A stretch of DNA of 64,000 bases from Mobula hypostoma (lineage: Eukaryota): positions 15,624,001 through 15,688,000 of the forward strand of contig NC_086110.1 in assembly GCF_963921235.1 (NCBI RefSeq), given 5' to 3'. The notes below the pieces were generated by a model. That model saw nothing but the letters and a program-made list of their open reading frames with translations, was not told where the DNA came from and searched no databases. The position numbers and the translations under genes were made by a program. Shown in pieces: positions 1-11,614 of this stretch (positions are counted from its first letter, which is position 1; each line of letters begins with the position of its first letter).

Positions 1-189
1 AGGTTGAAGCCCTTGGATCACGACTATAGCTCCTGGCTTGCAGCTGCAGCGACCTCTTTTCAATCCTGCCCTCTGATGCTGACGATGTGGAATTTGCTCA
101 TTTTCTTCATGGCTATTTGGGTTTCCTGTCACATGACTAAAGCATGGAGTTTGGGGGATTAATTGGCCACTGTAAAATTCCCCAAGAAG

Positions 190-931
190 CAGTTAAATTA
201 AACTCCTTGGTGCTATTATATTGGAGGACTTGTCCTGGGCCCAGCACGTACATGCAATTTTGAAGAAAGCACAGCAGTACCTCTACTTCCTTAGGAGTTT
301 GCGGAGATTTACCATGACATCCAAAACTTCGACAAACTTCAATAGATGTGTAGTGGAGAGTACACTAACTGGCTGCATCACAGGTTGGTATGGAAACACC
401 AATGCCCTTGAAAAGAAATTCATATAAAAAGTATTGGATATGGCCCAGTCCATCAAGGATTAAGCCCTCCCCCTCCATAGAACACATCTACATGAAATGC
501 TGTCACAGGAAAACAGCATCCATCATCAGAGACCCCACCAACCAGGACAAGCTCTCTTCTTGCTGTTGCCATTAGGAAGTAGGTACAGGGACCTCAGGAC
601 TCACACCATCCGGTTCAGCAATTGTTATTACCCCTCAACCATCAGGCTCCTGAATCAGAGGGGATACCTTCACTCAACTCCACTTGCCCCATCATTGGAC
701 TGTCCCCACAACTAATAGACTCATTTTCAAGGACTCTTCATCTCATGCTCTCAATATTTATTGCTTATTTATTTATTAGAACTATTTTTTCTTTTGGTAC
801 TGTATTTGCACAGTTTATTGCTTTTTGCACATTGGTTGAATTATTGATACTCAATTGATTTATTGAGTATGCCTTCAAAAAATGAATCTCAGGGTTATAA
901 GTAGTGATAATAAATTTACTTTGAACTTTGA
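190..931 (+). mobile_element. Rex1/Babar-type LINE 3' fragment (RT C-terminus + 3'UTR)
   Basis: ORF 221-427 reads DLSWAQH..KKAQQYLYFLRSLRRF..CVVESTLTGCITGWYGN; ends in aataaa-tttactttgaactttga short-repeat tail. Confidence 0.8.
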
Positions 932-952
932 ATGATAGAAACAGCGGAGGAA

Positions 953-1157
953 CACTCACAACACGCTGGAGGAACTCAGCAGGTCGGGCAGCATCCGTGG
1001 AAAAGATCGGTCGATGTTTCAGGCCAGAACTCTTCTTCAGGACCCGGCCCGAAACATCGACCGACCTTTTTCACCGATGCTGCCCGACCTGCTGAGTTCC
1101 TCCAGTGTGTTGTGAGTGTTGCTTTGACCCCAGCAGCTGCAGATTATTTTGTGTTTA
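953..1157. mobile_element. Penelope-derived palindromic (hairpin) mini-element with hammerhead motif
   Basis: Arms ~953-1025 and ~1046-1118 are inverted repeats; flanked by agaaacag(c/t)ggaggaa direct repeat at 937-952 and 1158-1173. Confidence 0.8.
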
Positions 1158-1174
1158 AGAAACAGTGGAGGAAT

Positions 1175-1565
1175 TGATGGGAAAGTCATCATGAGCACTA
1201 GCCTCTATAGTATCCAGGACATCTTCAAGGAGTGATGCCTCAGAAAGGTGATGTCCGTCACCCCGGTCATGCCCTGTTCTCATTGCTACCATCAGGAAGG
1301 AGGTACAGGAATCTGAAGGCACACACTCACTGATTCAGGAACAGCTTCTTCCCCTTTGTCATCCAGCTTCTGAATGAACATTGAACCCATGAACACTACC
1401 TCACTACTTTTTTATTTCTATTTTTGCACCTCTAATTTAATTTAACTATTTAATATATATACTTAATGTAATTTGCTGTTTTTTCTCTTTTATTATGTAC
1501 TGCTGCTGCAAAGTCCACAAATTTCACAGCATATGCCAGTGATATTAAACCTGATTCTGACTCTG
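1175..1565 (+). mobile_element. Rex1/Babar-type LINE 3' fragment
   Basis: ccatcaggaaggaggtacagg..ggaacagcttcttcccc segment; tail attaaacctgattctgactctga; homologous to 18517-19330 and 49985-50475. Confidence 0.7.
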
Positions 1566-1724
1566 AAACATTGGTGGGGAATGAGATTGGTCTGTCAATT
1601 AGTATGGTCTTGTTAGGCAGCAAACGCCTCCTTCTGAGTTGTAAAGAAACAAATTATGTGATATATCTACATGGTTTGAGCACATTCCAAATTGGACAAT
1701 GATATAAGAAAGGAAATGGCTATG

Positions 1725-1960
1725 CAGCTGGTCTCTTGACCTCATGGTCTACCTTGATATGATCTTGTATTTGACTGTCCGTACGCACGACACTTTCTCT
1801 GCGGCTGGGGCATTTTATTCTGCATTCTGTTAATCTTTTACCTTTTACTACCTCAATGCAATGTGGAAATGAACTGATTTGTGTGAGAAGCATGCAAGAC
1901 AAGCTCTTCACTGTATCTTGGTACACATGACAGTAATAAATCAGTTCCAGTACCAATTCT
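1725..1960 (+). mobile_element. LINE 3'UTR fragment
   Basis: Ends cactgtatcttggtacacatgacagtaataaa plus short repeats, like other LINE tails in the window. Confidence 0.45.
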
Positions 1961-2089
1961 GACAATGTCCAGCAGTCTAATTCTTTTTTAACTGGAGAAG
2001 ATTTTACCATTTTCCTTCTAACTAACCTGCAGCCACCTTCATCCAATATTTACATCATTTCATAGAATAATCTTTTATACACAAGGATT

Positions 2090-2310
2090 CCTGCTGCTGC
2101 CTGTAAGGTGTTTGTACATTCTCCCTGTGACCGCATGGTTTCCTCCGGGTGCTCCTGTTTCCTCTGGGTGTTACTGGTTGGTAGGTTATTGGTGATTGTA
2201 AATTGCCCCGTGGTTTGGCCAGGGTTAAATTGGGGATGGTTGGCGACACAGCTTGAAGGGCCAGAAGGGTCTACACCATGCTGTATCTCAGTAAAAAGTA
2301 AAAAATAAGT
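2090..2310 (+). mobile_element. V-domain SINE (HE1-like), partial
   Basis: V core ggtttcctccgggtgctcctgtttcctc..ggttattggtgattgtaaattgcccc; homologous to 40297-40560. Confidence 0.7.
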
Positions 2311-2719
2311 TCACCCAACAACTAACCACTCTTTACCTTTTTAAAGTACTTTGCTCGCTTATTTTCAGAAGTAGTCAAGTATGATTTGAGTGTTTGACAA
2401 AATGAATGTACATGTTCAAAACAGTTCTTTGTCGTTCATGTCCCACATTCTTCATTTAACTTCTCACCCTTTCTCTGTCCGCTAAAAGAATCAAAAGCCT
2501 GTCACCTTTGTTGTGGCTTGTGATTCCTCTGTATCTGTTATTTACTTTCAACATATCAGATTTACTTGTTTTTAACAGATTTCATTATCACTGAAGCTAG
2601 TAAGTTAACAGATTTAATAGTACCGAGAATCCAATTTTTGTGCTTTTTGTCCACATTCATGGAGAGTTAATGGCCAGGAATAACTTACCACCAGAATGCT
2701 TAATAGCCAGATAATGAGT

Positions 2720-3365
2720 ATTCAGATAATCATTTATTTATCACATGTACATTGTAACATACAGTGAGCTGTGTTGTTAGTGCGAACACCCAACACACCC
2801 AAGGACGTACTACGGACAGCCCACAAATGTCACCACACATTCTGGCTCCAACATTGCATGCCCACAATGCTTAGCAGAACAAAATGGAACACAACAAGCA
2901 ACAACACAAGATTCTTTCCTCTCTCCCACCCACACACCCAGACAGTCCTCCAGCCCCAGGATAGGCCTCCAGGCTTTGGCTGTCGGGTTACAACTACCAA
3001 TCTTCCATTTGACCGTCTATCTTCAGTATTGACCCCGACTAGCCGATGATGGGACCCTGTGACTGGAACTCCAAGCGTGCCAACTGATTGGTCCTCGTGC
3101 CTCTCCATGGCTCCTGCTCTTGCTGACATGCACCAATCTAGGGCAACCCAACAACCACCAATGTCCTTCGTCCTCATATCCACATTTCAAGAGCAGAAAG
3201 GAGGTCTGGACTCCGGATGTCCTTCATCACCCATCCACGTCCACTAGCTTTCTAACTCCAGCACATTACTGTCCCTAAACTCTAACCTGACTAACTCCTC
3301 TCTGTCTCCAAAACAATCCCTAGTTTGAGCCATGATCTCGATGGAGACCTGCTAGGAGCCATCTC
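2720..3365 (-). mobile_element. Non-autonomous retroelement of the 'cacatgtacattgaaacatacagtga' tail family
   Basis: Tail region matches 14600-14875, 20478-20612, 34440-34802, 40690-41120, 42005-42170, 54215-54360. Confidence 0.6.
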
Positions 3366-3895
3366 CAACCCTAATCCTCAGGAGGTGAAGCTGCAGGAGA
3401 GTGCTCAGTTTTAATACTCAGTGTCAAAGATTCGGGCCAAGCAGTATTCAGGCTGAGTTGAAATAGTACCAGACAACTGAAATTTACCCTTGAACATACA
3501 GGTTTTAATTTATATTTTATTTATTATGCTATCTTAGGCAGTGAAACAACAGACACTCGAGAGGATTGCTTGCCTCAACTGTTCTGAAAGGCAAGTGGTG
3601 CCCTACACTAATCTGACAGGTTATGAGTGATTTGTGAGTGGAGTTGCCGGATAAGAACATGCACAATCCCATTCACCCTGTGCCATCAGAAAGAAAGTGA
3701 CATGGGGATTAGGCAAGGAACTGTCATTAATTCTCATACAGTACAGAAACAGGCCCTTTTGGTCCACTTTGTCTATGCCAGTCTGTGCTGTCTTTACCTT
3801 TTGGTGCTAATCCCATTGCACAACATTTGGTCCACAGATGCCTTGGTGATTCATACATGTTGTGAGAGTACCTACAGTGCCTCCCCACCTAGTCA

Positions 3896-3990
3896 GGCAG
3901 TCCTGATGAAGTGTCTTGGTCTGGAACGTCAGCTGTCTATACTTCTTCATAGATGCCACTGAGTTTGTCCCTTTGTCTGTGTTTCTCAGA
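3896..3990 (+). mobile_element. Penelope 3'-end fragment with degenerate hammerhead
   Basis: cagtcCTGATGAagtgtcttggtctGGAACGTCagctg..catagatgc. Confidence 0.55.
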
Positions 3991-4379
3991 TTGCAACGTC
4001 CTCCTGAGTAGAAAACGTTCTTCCTCAGACTCACCTCATCTTAGACCCACCTCATCTCTTGTTCCTCACCTCAAACCTATGCTCTCCAGTCTTAGTTACC
4101 TTAACCTTCTTCAATTTTATTATTCAAGGCAATTCATATTTTCAAAGAATTCCTCATAAACCCAAATCATCTAAGATGTATCAATTGACTGGAAGATCTA
4201 TTGCATATGACAGATGGAACATACTCAAAGATTAGAATCAAAATGAACTGTAGCTGTTGCCTGCCTTCCCAGTCAGCTTAACTTCACACCTTGCAGATTG
4301 CAACCCACTTGACTCATGGCAGAGCCTGTTCTATTAAACACAATCCCTCCATCCATATGCCTGGAGAACCTTACTGACA

Positions 4380-4570
4380 GGAACGTAGAACATAGAGCGT
4401 TGCAGCACAGTACAGGCCCTTTGGCCCATGATGTTATGCCGACCTTTTAGCCTACTGTAATATCAGTCTAACTCTTTCCTTCCACGTCGACGTCTATTTT
4501 CCTATCCTCCATGTGCCCATCTAGGAGTTTCTTAAATGTCCCTAAAGTTTCCATTTCTGCCACTTGCTCC
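4380..4570 (-). mobile_element. CR1-type LINE 3' tail
   Basis: agaacatagag..cagcacagtacaggccctttggccc..tttcttaaatgtccctaa, the reverse of the CR1 3' end seen elsewhere. Confidence 0.65.
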
Positions 4571-4571
4571 T

Positions 4572-5110
4572 CCAACCAATTTTCCCAGTAGTCAACCATT
4601 TTAATTCCACTTACCATTCCCATTCTGACATGTCGGTCCACGGCCTCCCTGTACTGTCGTGACGAGGCCACACTCAGGTTGGAGGAACAATACTTAAATT
4701 CCATCTGGGTAGCCTCCAACCTGATGGCGTGAACATCAATTTCTTGAACTTCCAGTAATGATCCCCCTTCACCATTTCCCCTTCTCAGCTTATCTCCTTA
4801 CCTGCTTATCTCCTCCCTCTGGTTCTCCTCCCCCTTCCCTTTCTTTCATGGCTTTCTATTCTCTCCTATCAGATTCGCCCTTCTCCAGCCCTGTATCTCT
4901 TTCAACAAATGACTTCCCTCCCCAACCCGGCTTCACCTATCACCTACTACCTTATATTTCTTCCTCTCCTACCCCCACCTTCTTTCTCTGACTTCTCATC
5001 TTTTTTCTCCAGTCCTGATGAAGGGTCTTGGCCTGAAATGTCAGCTGTTTATTCCTCTGCATAGATGCTGCCTTTCCTGCTGATTTCCTCCAGCATTTTG
5101 TATGTGTTGA
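4572..5110 (+). mobile_element. Penelope-like element 3' fragment (GIY-YIG C-terminus, pyrimidine-rich 3'UTR, hammerhead)
   Basis: Homologous to the 3' part of 44686-46530 (cattcccattctgacatgtc..gaggccacactcaggttggaggaacaa..ggtagcctccaacctgatggc). Confidence 0.8.
5010..5047 (+). ncRNA. Minimal type I hammerhead ribozyme motif (partly decayed)
   Basis: cagtc-CTGATGA-agggtcttggcct-GAAAT-GTC-agctg. Confidence 0.55.
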
Positions 5111-5984
5111 CAGAATACATTCACATTTGCACCTCAAGCATAAGTACATACTATTCTTCTTCACTCTACCTCAACCCGCCACGCCCTGCATGTTAATGAC
5201 AAAAATTACAATATAATCCTTCAACAGCAGTGCAAAGAGATACCTGCAGAAATGCCTCTGTCATGTTAGGTTGAGGTTAGAGAGATGAAAACAAGTGGAT
5301 AACTCATTAATACCAAGGAAAGGTTGAGGGCAGTTATGGCTTCAGCTCTGAATTGCTCTAGCAGAGGCTCAACATGTGCAGGAGTATCTGGACAGAGAAA
5401 CGTGCTGAAGGTCCTAGATTCCCTTGAAGTAAAATCAGAGGCAATAAATTACAAGTAGAAACCTCTTTTGGTGTGATAGACAAGAAAAGTGCCTTCAGAG
5501 GATAACAGTATACTTTATATTTTCATGCACATAATTTATTTTTTCTCAGATATTCTTATACAATGTAGCATCAATGAGATATTTCAGAACAATTGCCATG
5601 AATTAAATCCTCTAGAATGTTGTGCCACCTTGAGCTTACCTGGACCACTCTGCCATGTTAGATACTCCAGGGCAGTGAGGTTCAGGTAAGTTCATTGTCA
5701 CATACACGAGGGTGCACTGAAACTCCTTGATTGAGTGAAGCTCACGAAATACATCACAATAATAAATGCAGCAACAGGTGCAAGATGAGACAACCATGCC
5801 AAGATTGTAGTGAAGTCTGAATTTGTGCTAAAAGAGACGGGCAAGAGACAATAATGGAATAATTGAGAGAGGTTGAGTTAGGAGTAGAAGAACATGGCAG
5901 CCCCAACAGGGATGGGGATGTGAAGGTTGTGATTGCTTCGGAAATCTGAAAGCAGTGAAGGAGATGCTGTTCTTGAGTTTGGTC

Positions 5985-6238
5985 ATCAGGGGTGTCAAAC
6001 TCCTTTATCTGCTTCTGAAGGTAGAAGAGAGAGAAGTGAATGGCCTGAGGTTGCAGTCATGCTTGAAGAATCTGTTAGCATTCCTGAAACAATGCATGGT
6101 GAAGGTCAGCTGGAATGAATGAAGAGACGAATACGCGATGGACTGGGCTGTGTTTACTGCTCTCTGCAGGTTCCATTGGCCCAGAGCAGAGCAGTTCCTA
6201 TTCCAGGCTGAAATAGAACTTATCAGGATCATTTCTAT
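5985..6238 (-). mobile_element. Decayed Rex1/Babar LINE fragment
   Basis: Minus ORF contains ISAWNRNCSA..NLQRAVNTAQSI. Confidence 0.55.
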
Positions 6239-6239
6239 A

Positions 6240-6786
6240 ACACACACAATGCTGGAGGAACTCAACGGGCCGTGCAGCATTTCTGGAGAGGATCAAAAAG
6301 TCGGTGTTTCAGTCTGAGAATTTTCATCAGGACTGGAAAGGAAGCCAGAATAAGAAGGTGGGTGGGGGGTGGGGAAGGAGTACAAGCTGAGGGGGGATGG
6401 TGGGTGGGGGGTGGGGAAGGAGTACAAGCTGAAAGGTGATAGGTGAGGAGCGGATGGTGGGTGGGGTGGGGGTGGGGAAGGGGGGGAATACAGTGAAAAA
6501 CTGGGAGGTGATAGGTGGAACAGGTAAAGGACTGAAAAAGAAGGAAACTGATAGGAGAGGGTATTGGAAGAAAGGGGAGGAGGAGGGATGTCAGAGGGGG
6601 GTGATAGACAGGTGAGGAGAAGAGAAGGAGTATGAGGGAAGCCAGAACTTGGAATGGAAAAATGAGAGAAGTGGGAGTGCGGAGAAATTGCCAGATGTTG
6701 GAGAAATTGAATTCAATGCCATCAGGGTGGAGGCTACTCAAATGGAATATGATATGTTGGTCCTCCAACCTGAAAATGGCCTCAGT
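6240..6786 (-). mobile_element. Penelope-like element 3' fragment
   Basis: ORF 6262-6768 starts EDQHIIFHLSSLHPDGIEFNFSN, like the Penelope C-terminus EEQHLIFRLGSLQPDGMNIDFSN; degenerate hammerhead at ~6298-6336. Confidence 0.75.
6356..6486. repeat. G-rich imperfect tandem repeat (~41-bp period) in Penelope 3'UTR
   Basis: ggtgggtggggggtggggaaggagtacaagctga occurs twice, plus a partial third unit. Confidence 0.7.
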
Positions 6787-6789
6787 TTG

Positions 6790-7630
6790 AAATAATCCTT
6801 GTGGACATATCAGATCTTCTCAGATGCTGAAGAAAATACATACACTAATACACTTTCTTGTTCACTGCACCGTGTGGAGGGACCAGGGAGTTACTGGTGA
6901 TATGGATGCCCAGGAACTTGAAGCTGCTGACCATCTCCACAAGATCTCCACTGAAGAAAGACAGGTTTCCGTTCAGCCCCAGTTTCCTTGGGTCATCAGC
7001 CAGCTCTGTTTTTTGCTGATGTTAAGGGTATGGTTATTGTTCTCACATTATGACAAAAGGCAGGCATTCTCTTTCCTGCAGTCCATCTCATCATTGTTGA
7101 TAATGCACCTGATAACAGTACTGCACCGACTACATGCTCATGAGTATTCAATTCAAGTTTAATTGTCATTTAACCATATATGAATACTCATGAATACAGC
7201 CAAACGAGGCAGCATTACTACAGTCTCAGGTGCAAAGACACATCATCAACAGTCACACACAGTGAGCCAACACAAGGTCACAATCACATGAAAAGAGTCC
7301 CGAGGCCCATACCCGCGCCCCCCGCCCCAGCAACGGTGCGGCCTGATGCATACAAGTCAACAAACCCATATAGAATATCAGTAAAAATGCGACAACACAG
7401 AATATGCATTTATATATAGTCCAGACCCCCCCATTCCACTGATATCATCTGTCAACTGACCCCCACACCCGCTAGGCGACACTGTGGCTTTAAGGCTCAG
7501 TCCTCGACCCGACGACCAAATCCTGGGAGTAAAACAGAGGACTGAGCCCACAGCCCTAGGAAGCTCCTATGTTGAAAGTCAGGGTGGATGAAATGTTATG
7601 ACTAATTCTAACCAACTGAGGTCTGTCATT
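6790..7630 (-). mobile_element. Decayed Rex1/Babar RT region interrupted by another element (~7130-7525)
   Basis: gatgcccaggaacttgaagctgctgac (FKFLG motif, minus); 7530-7600 resembles GAPQGCGLSP; insert begins with ttcaattcaagtttaattgtcat tail. Confidence 0.55.
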
Positions 7631-7719
7631 AGATATTCATGAAAATTGTGACTTCAGCTGGGTATTTCAAAACAATTGGATATTCTGGAACATTGAGTGA
7701 TCACTAGATATTCTAGATC

Positions 7720-8720
7720 CTCAAAGTCCAAAGTAAATTTATTAATCAAAGATCATACAGAATACACATAATGTCACAATATACTAACATTAGATTCATT
7801 TTCTTGTGGGTATTCACAGTAGATACAAAGAAACACAATCGAATCAATGAAAAACTGCACACAGACAATGATGGACAACCACAACACTCACAACATGCTG
7901 GAGGAACTCAGCAGGTCGGGCAGCATCCGTGGAAACAATGAGTCGATGTTTCGGGCCAGAACCCTTCGTCAGGATTAAAGCGAGAAGGGGTAGAGGCCCT
8001 ATAAAGAAGGTGGGGGAGGGTTGGAAGGAAGATGGACAACCGATGTGCAAAAGACAACACATTGAGCAAATACAAAAAATGAATAATAATAATAGTAATA
8101 AAAAATAAACAAGTAATAAATATTAAGAATATGAGTTGTAGAGTCCTTGAAATTGAGTCTGTAGGTTGTCTAATCTGTCTTAAGTTGAGCTTAGTGAAGT
8201 TACCAATATTTATTCAGGAGCCTGATGTTTGAAGAGTAATAACTGTTCCTGAACCTGGTTGTGTGGGAACAAAGGCTCCTGTCCCTCCTTCCCGTTGGCA
8301 GCAGTCAGAAGAGAGCAAGGTCTGGACATTGAGGGTTCTTGATGATGGATGCTGCTTTCCTGCGACAGCGCTCCTTGTAGATGTGCCCAATGGTGGGAGG
8401 GCTTTACCAGTGTAGGACCGGGCAGCATCCATTACTTTTTGTAGCCTTTTCCATTCAGGGGCATTGGTGCTTCCATACCAGGCTGTAACCAGTCAACTTG
8501 CTCTCCAACATGCATCTATAGAAGTTTACAAAGGTAGAGGTGTCATCTAAAGATAGTGGACATTTTTCTGTGCCTTCTTTGCAATGACACTTCCCAAGAT
8601 CGATCCTCAGAAGTGATAATGCCGAGGAATTTAAAGTTACTGACCCTCTCCACCTCTGATCCCCTGATCGAGGACTGGCTCATGGACCTCTGGTTTCCTC
8701 CTCCTGTACTCAATAATCAT
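7720..8720 (-). mobile_element. Rex1/Babar-type LINE 3' fragment, split by a Penelope insert
   Basis: Tail caaagtccaaagtaaatttatt; reverse homology to 190-931. Confidence 0.75.
7881..8030 (-). mobile_element. 150-bp truncated Penelope 3' end with hammerhead; 11-bp TSD
   Basis: gatggacaacc at 7870-7880 and 8031-8041; minus-strand aatc-CTGACGA-agggttctggccc-GAAAC-ATC-gact at 7941-7976. Confidence 0.8.
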
Positions 8721-9599
8721 AGTTCCTATGAGTTAGTTATTCCAGGACAACTTGCTATCAAGTTGCTCTTCTAGAACAGTGCACAGACATCAGATGTTCC
8801 AGAACAATGGACCTTCAATTAGAAACCTGCTCTGAACCTTCTCATGCTGAAGCAGGTTATTAGGAAGTCCAGCAGGTTTGCTCCAATTTATTCAACCCAT
8901 CCTTGTAGCATCAGCATTGAGACCAGTAGTTCCACAAGTGGAGGATAGCGGACATTTCCCAACTATCTCATCATAGCTCTCTGCACTATACTTTGATGCA
9001 CCAACATCTCTTCTGCTAGAGTTTAATATATGTTGGCTGTTACAACCACAAGATAACTAATGGAAAACTAAAAGAACAATAGAGCCCACAGCCTGGCATC
9101 TCTCTGAAGGATGGAAATTATACAAAGAGCAACACAGCAATCTGAATTCAATCAAGGCTAAGAGGAAGAGTCATGTGGGAAAATATTTGAACTGGTAATT
9201 ATTTATTATGGGTATATTTTTATGTTTCACTTGTGGCTGTGTACGAATGAATCATTTTCCTTCTCTGCTGTTAACAGATGTTTAGTTCCCCTAAATAAAA
9301 ATCTGCTTCACTTCCATCACAGTGCATGCAAACACCTTAGCTCACAACAGTTATAAGATACCCAGAAATTCAAAGCCAACTGCAGCGTGATGTCCCTTGG
9401 GTACTAAACTCCAGAATCTAGGTCATTTGCAATAACCTGCAAATACATGAGTTATTTTGGAGTATGCTTTTCAAAGGCTGTCTGTCTGTCTTTAATTATC
9501 ACCTAAAGCTGGGGTCCCAAAGGTGTGAGAGAGACAATGAATTTAGTGTGTAGTTGTCCTTAAATATAATATCTCACATGCAAGATGTGTTTGGTTATC

Positions 9600-9820
9600 A
9601 TAAAGCTATTACAGCACCAGCAGCCTAGGTTCAATTCCACCGCTGTCTGCAAGAAGTTTGTCCGTTCTCCCCATGACCACGTGGGTTTCCTCCAGGTGCT
9701 CTGGTTTCCTCCCACATTCCGATGACAAACGGGTTAGTAGGTTAATTAATCACATGGGTGCAAATGGGCAACGCAGGCTTGTTGGGTTAGAAAGCCGTGT
9801 TACCCTGTTTCTTAATTACA
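9600..9820 (+). mobile_element. V-domain tRNA-derived SINE
   Basis: B-box ggttcaattcc at ~9628; V core gtgggtttcctccaggtgctctggtttcctcccacattcc. Confidence 0.75.
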
Positions 9821-10289
9821 ATAACGTGACAAGTTAAGGCATTACAGCTGCTTCAACTCAGAATATGTGATGCAAGTGAGTTCAACAATCTACAACAGAG
9901 GCCACACACAAAGGTTCAGATGTATCATGGTAGCCCTGATACACTGGTTTATACAATTGGTGGCTACTAGGCACAGTATCCATCCACCCAATCTGCTGAA
10001 CTTGCTTTAACATTTAATGAGATCATGGCTCATTGACTTCAAGTCCTCTATCCTCTCTTGCTTTTGGCACCCAAAACCCTGACAATCAATTCTCAATCCT
10101 TCAGTTGTAAATCAAATGGAAGAAGGGAGGAAAGTCCAACAGAGGTCATTGCAGTGCTCTGAGATTCACCAAAGCACAAATTCAATGCTTGGGTTAGCCA
10201 GTCATGTTTTGACACTGGCATTAAAAAACATCTATTAGAAAGGTTTTGTAGAAGGGTTTGCAGTGACAGACCCTCATCACGTTGGTGGG

Positions 10290-10485
10290 GTCAGTCACTT
10301 TGGGGCACTGTGTATGAATGTTTCTCACATGAGATGCTATTCTGAAGCTCAGTTTCATCTCTCAGTGGGTGTAAATGACCTTTTGGTATTCTCTTGAAGA
10401 GAGCAGGGTAACACATCCTGGGATGATGGTCTATATTCATGCTTCAATGGATCTCACTACGACAGATGTCTTGGGCATTGCCCTG
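10290..10485 (+). mobile_element. Old Deu-domain SINE fragment (SacSINE1/AmnSINE-like)
   Basis: atgagatg..tctcagtgggtgtaaatgacc..ttgaagagagcaggg..atattcatgcttcaa..acagatgtcttgggcattg resembles the Deu core (recall). Confidence 0.5.
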
Positions 10486-10879
10486 TGTCTAAAATGCATG
10501 AGTGTCATGCTGTATTTATTCCTGATGGAATGAAAATAAATCCCCAAAGATCAATGTCAACAGAATCTTTGCCTTTGTTAGTCTGTGTATCTCCTTTGAA
10601 GAAAGCACCTGAACAGATTTTAGAGTTCTCTATTAACACAGTATGTATTAGACTATGTACAGTTTGAGACAATAGATTCTGGACACCAGCTGGTGGAGGT
10701 GGCTCTTCATATCTGGAAAAAATATCCCCTCAGAAGCTTTACTATATGCCCCAGCTCTGTGTTCACTAATCAGTACTCATAGTCACTTTTCCTGAAATAT
10801 AGCTTCACATTTCCTTCACAGTAGTTGGAGCCACTTGTAACTACTTTATCTGTGAGTGACCAAAAGGATGGCCAATCCA

Positions 10880-11005
10880 TCTCTATTTTTAATTTCCTGT
10901 AATTCATTTTTTTTATATTTATTATGTATTGCCTCGTACTGCAGCTGCCAAGTTAACAAATTTCACGACATATGCCGCTGATATTAAACCTGATTCTGAT
11001 CCTGA
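10880..11005 (+). mobile_element. Rex1/Babar 3' tail
   Basis: gtactgcagctgcc..acaaatttcacgacatatgcc..attaaacctgattctgat. Confidence 0.65.
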
Positions 11006-11614
11006 CAAGCCCTCATCCTTCTCTGATGAACAATTACCGAAGAATCATATAGCATCATATTATTTCTGTGTAATGCTTCAAAAGTTTGAATTAACTACAG
11101 ATAAAAAGAGACCCAGATGAGCCCTAAGGTAGTATTCCTAGCTATAGAAGTTGCTCAGTGGTACATAGCATTGCAGAAGTTTTTGCCACAACACTTATGC
11201 AGCAGCGTTGGGAAGAGAAATATATTCACAAAGCAGGCAAATATTGGCTCGAAGAAATAAAACACCTGGAATAATTATTAGTGAAACTATATTGATCCAG
11301 GTGTAATACAGAAGGTAAAGAGCTTTGTGGTTGTTTTAATGTTTGATTTCAGATTTTTCGTCACCAGGAGTTTATCTTTTGATTGTCAACTGCATCATCA
11401 ACCACTGATGTCCTTTAAGCAAACCTTTAAATAACTGTCAAAATTTGTTCATTTCTTCAGTAATAATGTGGTTGATTTCTTAGTAGATTCAATGGTAAAG
11501 AATTCTCTTTAATGGAACATGTGCTTAACAAAGCATTCAAAGAAAATGAATCTTGCAAACAAAAACGGCTACTGCTCACTGTGGTAAATACATGGCTTTG
11601 AGAATAAATTATTT

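Noticed and set aside
953-1157. DNA-transposon MITE or miRNA hairpin interpretation of the palindromes
   Set aside because: Arms are Penelope 3' ends, asymmetric, with long variable TSDs typical of retro-insertion rather than TA or 8-bp TSDs.
5610-5695. Strong donor CAG/gtaagt at ~5685
   Set aside because: Coincides with the reverse-oriented tail of a decayed LINE; no supporting coding signal.
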